A stretch of 34,146 bases of DNA, taken from contig JBHHVK010000002.1 of assembly GCA_046754205.1 (NCBI GenBank), forward strand, positions 1-34,146, in the 5' to 3' direction. Each line of letters begins with the position of its first letter. Within the stretch, counting starts at the first letter, position 1. This stretch comes from Thermodesulfobacteriota bacterium. GTDB taxonomy: Bacteria; Desulfobacterota; GWC2-55-46; JBHHVK01. This document shows positions 8,029 to 16,752 of the stretch, piece after piece. Position numbers and translations under genes: made by a program. Below the pieces are notes generated by a model. It was not told the origin of the DNA and ran no database searches. It saw only the letters and a program-made list of their open reading frames with translations.

Positions 8029-8226
8029 ATGCCTAAGATAAAGACGAACAGGGGCGCGGCCAAGAGGTTCAAGATTACGGCCACGGGAAAGATAAAGATG
8101 AAGAGGGCCGGGATGAGGCACATCCTAACCTCAAAGGCCACGGGCACAAAGAGGGTGCTCCGCAAGGGCTCGCTCGTGGACTCGGCGGACGTGAAGGCCG
8201 TAAGGAGAATGCTCCCCAACGGCTGA
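8029..8226 (+). CDS. rpmI: 50S ribosomal protein L35
   Basis: [23 protein letters not shown]..., 65 aa, GAAGGAG RBS upstream, canonical position after infC. Confidence 0.95.
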   Translation: MPKIKTNRGAAKRFKITATGKIKMKRAGMRHILTSKATGTKRVLRKGSLVDSADVKAVRRMLPNG

Positions 8227-8445
8227 CCCACGGGGGCCCATCGCGTGGTCGCCGGGGTAGGGGTGGCCTTCCGTCCTCCCGTCAGCACCTCTTCCCGTCA
8301 AGACTGAAAATTTTTAAACAGGCCCCGAAGGGAGCCGGCCTTTTAACCACGCCGCTCCCCGCCGGGGGCGTCCTTTCCGGGACGCCGGCGCGCTCCGGCC
8401 CAATTGGCCGGGCGGCGGGGTTTTCACTCGAAAGGAGCAGCACAC

Positions 8446-8805
8446 ATGCCGAGGGTCAAAAGAGGCGTTCACGCCAAGAAGAAGAGAAAGAAGATTCTCA
8501 AGGCCGCCAAGGGCTACCGCGCCGGCAAATCGAAGCTCTACCGCATAGCCACCGAGGCCGTGGACAGGGCCGGCCAGTTCGCCTACCGGGACCGCAAGAA
8601 CAGGAAACGCGAGTTCAGAAGGCTCTGGATAGCGCGCATAAACGCCGCGGCGAGGGCCAATGACATTACCTACTCGAGGCTCGTCGAAGGGCTCACAAAG
8701 GCCGACGTCGCGGTGGACCGCAAGGTGCTCGCAGACCTCGCTGTGCGGGACCCCAAAGGCTTCACGAAGATAGTCGATATCGCAAGGACAACGCTCGCCG
8801 CATGA
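8446..8805 (+). CDS. rplT: 50S ribosomal protein L20
   Basis: [26 protein letters not shown]... begins at the ATG at 8446 behind an AAAGGAG RBS. The ORF-track start at 8404 adds 14 non-conserved residues. Confidence 0.95.
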   Translation: MPRVKRGVHAKKKRKKILKAAKGYRAGKSKLYRIATEAVDRAGQFAYRDRKNRKREFRRLWIARINAAARANDITYSRLVEGLTKADVAVDRKVLADLAVRDPKGFTKIVDIARTTLAA

Positions 8806-9818
8806 AGGAGAGGCTCGAAAAGCTCTTGAGCCGGGCCCTCGCGGAGCTCGACTCCGCGGGCTCGCTCGAGGCCGTCGAGGGCATCAAGGCCAGGTATCTC
8901 GGCAGAAAGGGAGAACTGGCCTCTTTTTTTAGGGAGCTCGCTGGACTCCCGGCCGAGGACAGGCGCGAGGCGGGCGCCGCGATAAACGCCGCCAAGGAAA
9001 GCCTTGCAGCCCGGATAGAGGGCCGCATCGCCTCGTTCACCGAAAGCGGCAGGGCCGAAAGGCTCGCCGCCGAGAGGATAGACGTAACGCTGCCCGGCAG
9101 AAGACCCCCCCGCGGCGGACTCCACCCGGTAACGAGGGTGCTCGACACCATCGAGGAGATATTCTACGGCCTCGGCTTCGACGTGGCCGAAGGCCCGGAG
9201 GTCGAGCTCGACTACTACAACTTCGAGGCCCTCAACATCCCCGCCGACCACCCGGCCCGCGACATGCAGGACACCTTCTACGTGGGCCCCGAGGTCCTCC
9301 TGAGGACCCACACCTCGCCCGTGCAGATACGGGTGATGGAGAACAGAAAACCTCCCATCAAGATAATCGCGCCGGGCACCGTCTACAGGCGCGACTCGGA
9401 CATCACACACACACCCATGTTCCACCAGGTCGAGGGGTTCATGGTCGACACCTCCGTGAGGATGAGCGACCTGAAGGGGGTGCTTACCCACTTCCTACAC
9501 AGCCTCTTCGGCGAGGGCACGGAGATCCGCTTCCGCCCGAGCTTCTTCCCCTTCGTCGAGCCCGGGGCAGAGATGGACATCCGCTGCGTCATATGCGGCG
9601 GCTCCGGGTGCAGGGTCTGCAAGGGCACGGGGTGGCTCGAAATACTCGGCGCGGGCATGATACACCCCAACGTCCTCGCCGCCGTCAACTACGACCCCGG
9701 CGAGGTCTCGGGCTTCGCCTTCGGCATGGGCGTGGAGAGAATCGCCATGCTCAAGTACGGCATAGACGACCTGAGGCTCTTCTTCGAAAACGACCTGAGG
9801 TTCCTCGCGCAGTTTTAA
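8802..9818 (+). CDS. pheS: Phenylalanyl-tRNA synthetase alpha subunit
   Basis: ATGA start/stop overlap with rplT. Motifs [22 protein letters not shown] and [15 protein letters not shown]. Confidence 0.95.
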   Translation: MKERLEKLLSRALAELDSAGSLEAVEGIKARYLGRKGELASFFRELAGLPAEDRREAGAAINAAKESLAARIEGRIASFTESGRAERLAAERIDVTLPGRRPPRGGLHPVTRVLDTIEEIFYGLGFDVAEGPEVELDYYNFEALNIPADHPARDMQDTFYVGPEVLLRTHTSPVQIRVMENRKPPIKIIAPGTVYRRDSDITHTPMFHQVEGFMVDTSVRMSDLKGVLTHFLHSLFGEGTEIRFRPSFFPFVEPGAEMDIRCVICGGSGCRVCKGTGWLEILGAGMIHPNVLAAVNYDPGEVSGFAFGMGVERIAMLKYGIDDLRLFFENDLRFLAQF

Positions 9819-9837
9819 ACCCCAAAGGCGTGTTCAG

Positions 9838-12255
9838 ATGCTCTTCAGCTACGACTGGCTCAGAGAATACATAGACGAGCTCCCCTCTCCAGGGGTCCTC
9901 TCCGAGCGCCTGACCATGACCGGCACCGAGGTGGAGAGCGTGGCAGGCGGGGCCGAGTCCCCCACGGGCGTCGTCACCGCAGAGGTCCTGTCCGTCGAAG
10001 CTCACCCCAACGCCGACCGCCTCTCCCTCTGCGAGGTCCGCACCGACACCGGGAGCCACTCCATAGTCTGCGGCGCGACGAACATGAAGCCCGGAGACCG
10101 CGTGGCCCTCGCCCTGCCCGGGGCGGTCCTCCCCGGGGGGCACAGGATAAAAAAGTCAAAGATACGCGGCGTAACCTCCGAGGGGATGATGTGCTCCGAG
10201 GTCGAGCTCGCCCTCGCCGACACCTCGGACGGCATTATGATACTCCCCGCCGACACGCCGCTCGGCGTGGACGTAAACGATGTGCTCGTCCGGGACGTCG
10301 TCCTCGAGGCGTCCGTCACCCCGAACCGCGCCGACCTCCTGAGCATACGCGGCATCGCCCGCGAGATAGCCGCCGTCGTCGGCGGGACCTTCAGGGACAG
10401 GTCCCCGGAGGTCGCCGAAGAGGGCCCCGACATAAAGGGCCTCGTGGACGTTGCGGTCGAGGACGCTGAGCGGTGCCCCAGGTACTCGGCCCGCGTCATA
10501 GAGGGCGTCAGGATCGCCCCCTCGCCCGAGCCCATCGTAAAGAGGCTCGAAGCCCTCGGCGTAAGGCCCGTAAACAACGTTGTGGACGTCACCAACTACG
10601 TCCTCCTCGGCCTCGGCCAGCCGCTGCACGCCTTCGACCTCGACAGGCTCGCCGGCCGCAGGATAGTCGTAAGGCCCGCGCGCGCCGGCGAGCGGATAGA
10701 GACCATCGACGGAAAGACCCGCGACCTGCCCGAAGGCGCCCTCGTCATAGCGGACTCCGCATCCCCCGTTGCCCTGGCCGGGGTCATGGGCGGCAAGGCC
10801 ACCGAGGTCGGCGACGGGACCACCGACGTGCTCATCGAGTCCGCCTGGTTCGAGCCTTCGGCCGTGCGCAGGAGCTCGAAGGAGGCCGCGCTGTCTACGG
10901 ATTCGTCCTACAGGTTCGAGCGCGGGGTCGACATAGAGGGGGTCACCCTCGCCCTCGACACGGCGGCCGCCATGATAACCGAAATAGCCGGCGGCCGCGT
11001 GGCAAGGGGCTCTATCGACGTCTACCCCGAGCCTAAGGTACCGGCCGCGATCGAGCTGGACCCGTCGAGGGTCGGGGCCCTGCTCGGAATAGAGCTCGAA
11101 GACGACGAGGTCCTGCGCATCCTCAAGGGCCTCGGCATAAAGACAAGGACGGCCCCGGGGCGCGGCGCCGAGAGCCTCATCGAGGCCGTCCCGCCATCCT
11201 ACAGGCTCGACATCACCGGAGAGGTGGACCTCATCGAAGAGGTGGCGCGGGTGGCCGGCTACGACAGGATCCCCGCCACGCTCCCCGCCACCGGGCTCGT
11301 CCCCGGCGCAAGGTCCGCCCATCACGAGGCGCGCGGTCTCATAAGAGACCTCCTCGCGGGCTCCGGCTTCTTCGAGGTCGTCAACTACAGCTTCATCTCC
11401 AGGGACCTCTACGCCGTGACGGCCCACGGAGTGGACGAAGGGGTCGCGATCCTCAACCCCCTCAGCGAGGATCAGGCGCTCCTGAGGGCGTCGCTCGTCC
11501 CTTCTCTCGTCGACAACCTCAGGAAAAACATCCAGAAGGGCAGCGACGACGTAAGGATATTCGAGCTCTCCACCGTCTTCATCCCGCGCCCGGAGCGCTC
11601 TGTTCCCCATGAGGGCTGGAGGGTGGCCGGGCTCCTCTACGGACGCAGGTGGGCGGAGGCGTGGAACATGCCCGCCGACCCGGTGGACTTCTTCGACGTC
11701 AAGGGCGCGGTCGAGTCCATAATCGACGTCCTCGGCCCCACAGGAGAGGTCGTCTTCGAGCCCCTCGGCGACGGCTCCGGCGGCGCCCTGCATCCGGGAA
11801 AGTCCGCGCGGGCGCTCGTTTCAGGCGCCGAGGTCGGCATACTCGGCGAGACACACCCGGACCTGGACGAGTCCTTCGGCCTGAGGGCCCCCGCTTACGT
11901 CTTCGAGCTCGACCTCGACATACTCCTCGATGTTTCGGGCAGAGAGAAGACCTACACCCGGCTTGCGAGGTTCCCGTCCTCGGCGAGGGACGTCGCCTTC
12001 GTGGTGGACGATTCCATCCCCTACGGGGAAATTCACCGCGCAATTACCGGTTTGGACACAAAACTTATTGAAACCATTGAACTGTTTGATGTATACTATG
12101 GTGGCTCCATCCCCGAGGGTAAAAGGAGCCTCGCCCTAAGGGTGGTTTGCAGGTCGCCCGAGAGGACGCTCAAACAGGCCGAGGTGGACAGGGTCTGCTC
12201 CAGGGTGGTAAAGACGCTCACCCGGAGGTTCGGCGCCGAGGTACGCGGCGAGTAG
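9838..12255 (+). CDS. pheT: Phenylalanyl-tRNA synthetase beta subunit
   Basis: 805 aa. N-terminus MLFSYDWLREYI, tRNA-binding domain, B3/4 and B5 domains, and a C-terminal FDVYYGGSIPEGKRSLA ferredoxin-fold anticodon-binding domain. Confidence 0.95.
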   Translation: MLFSYDWLREYIDELPSPGVLSERLTMTGTEVESVAGGAESPTGVVTAEVLSVEAHPNADRLSLCEVRTDTGSHSIVCGATNMKPGDRVALALPGAVLPGGHRIKKSKIRGVTSEGMMCSEVELALADTSDGIMILPADTPLGVDVNDVLVRDVVLEASVTPNRADLLSIRGIAREIAAVVGGTFRDRSPEVAEEGPDIKGLVDVAVEDAERCPRYSARVIEGVRIAPSPEPIVKRLEALGVRPVNNVVDVTNYVLLGLGQPLHAFDLDRLAGRRIVVRPARAGERIETIDGKTRDLPEGALVIADSASPVALAGVMGGKATEVGDGTTDVLIESAWFEPSAVRRSSKEAALSTDSSYRFERGVDIEGVTLALDTAAAMITEIAGGRVARGSIDVYPEPKVPAAIELDPSRVGALLGIELEDDEVLRILKGLGIKTRTAPGRGAESLIEAVPPSYRLDITGEVDLIEEVARVAGYDRIPATLPATGLVPGARSAHHEARGLIRDLLAGSGFFEVVNYSFISRDLYAVTAHGVDEGVAILNPLSEDQALLRASLVPSLVDNLRKNIQKGSDDVRIFELSTVFIPRPERSVPHEGWRVAGLLYGRRWAEAWNMPADPVDFFDVKGAVESIIDVLGPTGEVVFEPLGDGSGGALHPGKSARALVSGAEVGILGETHPDLDESFGLRAPAYVFELDLDILLDVSGREKTYTRLARFPSSARDVAFVVDDSIPYGEIHRAITGLDTKLIETIELFDVYYGGSIPEGKRSLALRVVCRSPERTLKQAEVDRVCSRVVKTLTRRFGAEVRGE

Positions 12256-12352
12256 GCAGGGTGGCAGGGTGGCAGGGGGGGGCAGCTGGGAGCATGGGGC
12301 CCTGGGGTGCGCGTAGCGGACGAAGAGGGGGGGGGCCGGGGGGGCGGCGGGC
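12255..12352 (+). repeat. G-run spacer starting at the pheT stop codon
   Basis: GGCAGGGT GGCAGGGT GGCAGGGGGGGGCAG ... GGGG ... GGGG ... G9 CC G7 CGGCGGGCG. More than four G3+ runs separated by short loops. Confidence 0.7.
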
Positions 12353-12440
12353 GCTCACATGAAAAACCCTGAAGGTTTGAGCACTTTAGTCACCAGTAAC
12401 CGGCGGTTCTAAAGAGTCTTTTTATCCACGGGAGGAAGGT

Positions 12441-12737
12441 ATGACTAAGGCTGATATCGTAGAGGTGGTCTTTCAGAAGGTCGGTTTTTCAAAAAAGGAC
12501 ATCGCCGCCGTCGTCGAGGAGATATTCGAGTCCATCAAGGCCGCCCTCGAGGACGACGAGAAGGTGAAGATATCCGGTTTCGGAAACTTCACCATCCGGC
12601 AGAAGAGGGCGCGGCGGGGCAGGAACCCGCAGACCGGCACGGAGATCACTATCGACGAACGGAAGGTCATGACCTTCAAGGCCAGCCAGCTCCTCAAAAA
12701 GCATATCAACTCTCCCGGGCCCGGCGCGGCGACCTGA
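12441..12737 (+). CDS. ihfA: Integration host factor alpha subunit (HU/IHF family)
   Basis: GFGNFTIRQKRARRGRNPQTGTEITIDERKVMTFKAS beta-arm motif. GGGAGGAAGG RBS. Conserved position after pheT, as in E. coli himA. Confidence 0.85.
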   Translation: MTKADIVEVVFQKVGFSKKDIAAVVEEIFESIKAALEDDEKVKISGFGNFTIRQKRARRGRNPQTGTEITIDERKVMTFKASQLLKKHINSPGPGAAT

Positions 12738-12838
12738 CGCCGTCATCCGTTATCGGCTACCGGCCGACGGGCAACCGGCAGCCACGTCGCCTCTACCGCA
12801 GAGGCCAATCCCGACGGACCCTGAAACGCGAGGCCCTC

Positions 12839-13189
12839 ATGGCTCAGATACCAGACAAGCTCTACTTCAAGATCGGTGAGGTGGCCGGGGTCACCAAGGT
12901 AAAGCCTCACGTGCTCAGGTACTGGGAAAGCGAGTTCAAGATTATCACCCCCAGGAAGTCCGTGGCCCGGCAGAGGGTCTATACGAGGAAAGACATAGAG
13001 CTGATCCTCGAAATCAAAAGACTACTCTACAAGGAAAAATACACGCTCGAGGGGGCGAAGAAACGGGTCAAGGAGCTCAGGAACAAGAGCCCGCAGATGG
13101 ACCTGAGCCTATCCGGCGACAAGTTTCAGGGCTCGCTCAAGTCCATGAGGAAGGAACTTGCCTCGCTTAAAAAGCTCCTCAAGGACTAG
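12839..13189 (+). CDS. MerR-family transcriptional regulator (small, HTH plus coiled coil)
   Basis: YFKIGEVAGVTKVKPHVLRYWESEF MerR-type HTH and VYTRKDIELILEIKRLL. 116 aa. Confidence 0.8.
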   Translation: MAQIPDKLYFKIGEVAGVTKVKPHVLRYWESEFKIITPRKSVARQRVYTRKDIELILEIKRLLYKEKYTLEGAKKRVKELRNKSPQMDLSLSGDKFQGSLKSMRKELASLKKLLKD

Positions 13190-13255
13190 GGGGGGCGGTT
13201 TAAAGAGAGGGCTTAAGGGGGTCATGTACTGGTTGGCAGCGGCGAATTAAAACCC

Positions 13256-13283
13256 TTGACTTTATAGGCGGTTCTAATAGAAT
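13256..13283 (+). promoter_or_regulatory. Promoter of tRNA-Pro
   Basis: TTGACT (13256-13261), 16-bp spacer, TAGAAT (13278-13283), about 19 nt before the tRNA 5' end. Confidence 0.6.
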
Positions 13284-13301
13284 ATTCCTAAACGGTTTTT
13301 T

Positions 13302-13378
<77 letters not shown>

Positions 13379-13394
13379 GTTTTGTGATTGAAAA

Positions 13395-13430
13395 GGGGGC
13401 CGGCTCAGATGAGCCGGCCCCCTTTTCTTT
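13395..13430. terminator. Strong intrinsic terminator after tRNA-Pro (A-tract upstream, T-tract downstream)
   Basis: AAAA GGGGGCCGGCTC-AGAT-GAGCCGGCCCCC TTTTCTTT. The 12-bp arms are identical to those of the hairpin at 15942-15969. Confidence 0.85.
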
Positions 13431-13498
13431 GACCTCTTCGCCTATGCCGCGGCCCGCCCGGCCGTTGCCGCAACTCAAGAATTCTCCTGCCGCTCTTC

Positions 13499-13527
13499 TT
13501 GACAAAGGAGAAAAGAAAAACTATTAT
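13499..13527 (+). promoter_or_regulatory. Promoter of the H-NOX / HD-GYP operon
   Basis: TTGACA (13499-13504), 17-bp A-rich spacer, TATTAT (13522-13527). It predicts a leader of about 150 nt before the ATG at 13683, which has a GGAAGGAG RBS. Confidence 0.55.
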
Positions 13528-13682
13528 CTACTGAGAAGAGCCCTTCTGCGATTGAAGATCCATCAGAGTCTTTATTCCAACTCCATTCGGACATATCCTT
13601 CTCCGACACTCACCACGGCAAAGTCGAACCTTATTGGAACGCCGCCGGAAACCCCGGCACGACCCGATGGAAGGAGTGCGAT

Positions 13683-14246
13683 ATGAAGGGGATTATCTTT
13701 AACCTCCTGGAGCGGTTCATCGTGGAGAACCTGGGCGAGGAGAAGTATGAAGAGATACTGTCTCACTGTACCCTGAAGACGAAGGAACCCTTCGTGGGGC
13801 CCGGCTCCTATCCCGATGAGGACCTCATGGCCATTGTTGCGAGGGCCGTCGAGACGATGGGCATAACGCTCCCCGAGGCGCTCCGGGCCTTCGGCAGGTT
13901 CTGCCTCCCGAAATTCGCCGAGAGGTTCCCTGAATTCATGACGCCCTACGACCACCCCAAAGAGTTCCTCATGACCGTCGATTCCGTCATCCATGTGGAG
14001 GTGGAAAAACTCTATCCGGACGCCCAGACACCCTCTCTGGTTTACGAAGACCCGGCCCCGGACCGTCTTGTCATCCGCTACGAATCGAGGAGGAAGCTCT
14101 GTCACCTCTTCGAGGGGTTGATAGACGGGGTCGCCGATTACTACGGCTCCCCCATAGAATACGGACAGAGAACATGCATGCTCGAAGGCGCCAGGGCGTG
14201 CGAATTCGAGCTTGCATTCCCGAGCGAAGGAGAGGCCTCCCGATGA
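13683..14246 (+). CDS. H-NOX (haem-NO/O2-binding, HNOB) sensor protein
   Basis: MKGIIFNLLE N-terminus, proximal His in DSVIHVEVEKLYP, and the Y-x-S-x-R haem-propionate motif (IRYESRR). 187 aa stand-alone domain. Confidence 0.88.
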   Translation: MKGIIFNLLERFIVENLGEEKYEEILSHCTLKTKEPFVGPGSYPDEDLMAIVARAVETMGITLPEALRAFGRFCLPKFAERFPEFMTPYDHPKEFLMTVDSVIHVEVEKLYPDAQTPSLVYEDPAPDRLVIRYESRRKLCHLFEGLIDGVADYYGSPIEYGQRTCMLEGARACEFELAFPSEGEASR

Positions 14247-15829
14247 ATAGAGGGCTCTTGGAGAGAAAGCTCGAAAGGGAGCGCCGAAAGGTCGACGTCC
14301 TTGAAAGGATGATAGAGGACAGCGCGCGCGACCTCTACCTCTCCAGGGAGCAGGTCGAGAGGCAGAACAAGTTCCTCAAGGCCGTGATGGAGTCCGTCAC
14401 CGACCCCTTCTATGTCATAGACGCAGATGATTATACGATAAAGATGGCGAACTCGGCGGCCCGTGCAGCCGACCTCTCGAAAGGCCTGACCTCTCACGAA
14501 CTGACCTGTGAAAAGAGCGGACCCTGTGACCGTCCGGAAGGCCACTGTCCGCTGAAGAGGGTGAAAGAAACCAAGAAGTCCATTGTGATGGAGCATGTCC
14601 ATTACGATAAAGATGGAAACGTCAGGAATTATGAGCTCCGTTGCTACCCCATCTTCAACGCCAACGGGGACGTCGCTCAGGTGATTGAAAACGTACAGGA
14701 CATCACTGAGCGGAAGGCCGCCGAAGAGCTTGTCGGCCATCAGCTGGAGCGGCTCAAGGCCCTGCGCTCCATCGACAGGGCGATAGTGGGGAGCCTGGAC
14801 CCCGCCATTACCCTGGACATCATAAGCGAGCAGGCGATAAGCAATTTGAGGGTTGACGCCGCCGACATCCTGCTATACAGGCCCCATCTCGGCTTGCTCG
14901 AATTCGCCGCCGGGCGCGGTTTCAAGACCCGGGCCCTCCGGTACACGAGGCTCAAGATAGGGAGCAGCCACGCGGGCCGGGCGGCCCGCGAGCGCGCCAC
15001 GGTCCACATCCCGGATATAAGGGAGAGCGGAGAGGGGTTCGAGCGCTCCAGCCTCCTGCCCGAAGAGGGGTTTATCTCCTATTACGCCGCCCCACTGATC
15101 GCCAAGGGCTCCATAAAGGGGGTACTCGAGGTCTTCAGCCGCAGCCTCCATGAGCGCGACCGGGACTGGGTGGACTTCCTCGAGGCCCTGGCCGGACAGG
15201 CCGCCATAGCCATAGACAACGCCACGCTCTTCGATGAGCTGCAGCGCGCCAACATGAACCTGACGCTCTCCTACGACGAAACGATAGAGGGCTGGTCCAG
15301 GGCCCTGGACCTCCGGGACAGGGAGACCGAGGGCCACAGCCGGCGCGTTACGGACCTGACGCTCAGGGTCGCCGGTGAAATGGGCGTGAGAGAGGAGGAG
15401 CATATCCATATGCGCCGGGGCGCCCTGCTCCATGACATCGGCAAGATGGGCATCCCCGACAGGATACTCCTCAAGCCCGGCCCCCTCGATGACGAGGAAT
15501 GGGAGGTCATGCGGCGGCACCCCGTGATCGCCTATGAGCTCCTTTCGCCCATCGTCTTTCTCAGGCCAGCCCTCGACATCCCGTACTGCCACCACGAGAA
15601 ATGGGACGGCACCGGCTATCCGCGCTGCCTCAAGGGGGAGGGGATACCCCTGGCGGCCCGAATATTCGCCGTGGTGGACATCTACGACGCCCTCTGCTCC
15701 GAACGGCCCTACCGTCCGCCGTGGCCGAGAAAAAAGGTGCTGGAGCATATACGCTCGCTTTCAGGCGCCCACCTCGACCCGAAGGTGGCGGAGGTCTTCC
15801 TTCAGATGGACAGCGAGGCCCTGACATGA
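14243..15829 (+). CDS. Coiled-coil / PAS / GAF / HD-GYP protein (predicted c-di-GMP phosphodiesterase)
   Basis: ATGA overlap with the H-NOX stop. PAS region ending VIENVQDITERK. GAF region. HD-GYP core HSRRV...LLHDIGK...HHEKWDGTGYP...VVDIYDAL. Confidence 0.88.
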   Translation: MNRGLLERKLERERRKVDVLERMIEDSARDLYLSREQVERQNKFLKAVMESVTDPFYVIDADDYTIKMANSAARAADLSKGLTSHELTCEKSGPCDRPEGHCPLKRVKETKKSIVMEHVHYDKDGNVRNYELRCYPIFNANGDVAQVIENVQDITERKAAEELVGHQLERLKALRSIDRAIVGSLDPAITLDIISEQAISNLRVDAADILLYRPHLGLLEFAAGRGFKTRALRYTRLKIGSSHAGRAARERATVHIPDIRESGEGFERSSLLPEEGFISYYAAPLIAKGSIKGVLEVFSRSLHERDRDWVDFLEALAGQAAIAIDNATLFDELQRANMNLTLSYDETIEGWSRALDLRDRETEGHSRRVTDLTLRVAGEMGVREEEHIHMRRGALLHDIGKMGIPDRILLKPGPLDDEEWEVMRRHPVIAYELLSPIVFLRPALDIPYCHHEKWDGTGYPRCLKGEGIPLAARIFAVVDIYDALCSERPYRPPWPRKKVLEHIRSLSGAHLDPKVAEVFLQMDSEALT

Positions 15830-15941
15830 GCCGGTCCCATCGGCGCCGGGGCCTCTTCGTCGCCGCGCTCCTCGCGGTGTCCCCGAAGGCGCGCCCCCGC
15901 CGGTGACGCCCGACTCGCTCCCGCCCCGGTCAAATACATAA

Positions 15942-15978
15942 GGGGGCCGGCTCGTTGGAGCCGGCCCCCTTTATCTTT
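15942..15978. terminator. Bidirectional terminator between the convergent HD-GYP and PEP-CTERM genes
   Basis: GGGGGCCGGCTC-GTTG-GAGCCGGCCCCC followed by TTTATCTTT. The arms are identical to those of the 13395-13422 hairpin. Confidence 0.8.
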
Positions 15979-16000
15979 GACTGCGATATGTCCCCCTGGC

Positions 16001-16687
16001 TCAAGCCTTCCGCGCCTTGAGCCTTCTTCTGATGAAACCGAGACCGGTAAGGCCGGAGCCGAGGAGGAGAAGGGTCCCCGGCTCTGGCACCGCCGTGACC
16101 ACCCTTACCTGGTCCAGGGACCATGAAAGGACCGCCATCTGCAGGGTCAGGGTGCGCCTGTCCGCTGAGATGGTTATGAATTCGCTCGGGCTGTCGAGGG
16201 TGCCGGTTCCGTTCATGGTTGTCGGGTACGTCGTCGACGTGTGGGGGCTGAAGATGCTGCTGCTGTAGATGACGTCGTTGGAGAGCATGATCACCCCGAG
16301 GATGTCGTAGTCGAAGGTGACCGAGCCGCCGAGGCGCGTGGTGCCCGTGCTCGTCGACAGCGCGTCGAGGTGCAGGAAGTAGGTGTTTACCCGGGTGCCC
16401 GCCGATATGGATCCGGGCGTCAGGCCGCTCCTGACCACCGGCGGAGGGGTCGTCGAGACGACCGAAGCGGTCCCCGGGGAGGTCATGTTCACGTTGAGGT
16501 CAGCGCCGAGCGTGAAGTTCTGGACCTCGCCGAAGACCTTTATCTTGGTGCTGTCCTCAAGGGCGCCCTCCTTGACGGAGGTGGGAGGGGAAATATAAGA
16601 GATGTCCCCGGTAACGCTCAGGGCGTGGGAGGGGGCCGCCCAGAGCGCCACGATCAGCGCTGACAACAAAGGGATTATCTTTTTCAT
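16001..16687 (-). CDS. Secreted PEP-CTERM sorting-domain protein (predicted exosortase substrate)
   Basis: Signal peptide MKKIIPLLSALIVALWAAPSHA. Ser/Thr-rich body. C-terminus VPEPGTLLLLGSGLTGLGFIRRRLKARKA, that is PEP motif, TM helix and Arg cluster. GAGGAGAAG RBS. Confidence 0.88.
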   Translation of the reverse strand: MKKIIPLLSALIVALWAAPSHALSVTGDISYISPPTSVKEGALEDSTKIKVFGEVQNFTLGADLNVNMTSPGTASVVSTTPPPVVRSGLTPGSISAGTRVNTYFLHLDALSTSTGTTRLGGSVTFDYDILGVIMLSNDVIYSSSIFSPHTSTTYPTTMNGTGTLDSPSEFITISADRRTLTLQMAVLSWSLDQVRVVTAVPEPGTLLLLGSGLTGLGFIRRRLKARKA

Positions 16688-16752
16688 GGTTCTTCTCCTC
16701 GGGTCTACCGTTAAATAGGGTGTAATTATCAGAGGATGCTAATAAAATATTA

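Noticed and set aside
12422-12430. The DnaA-box-like TTATCCACG upstream of ihfA as a replication-origin signal.
   Set aside because: It is a single imperfect box, with no cluster, no AT-rich unwinding element and no dnaA/dnaN context.
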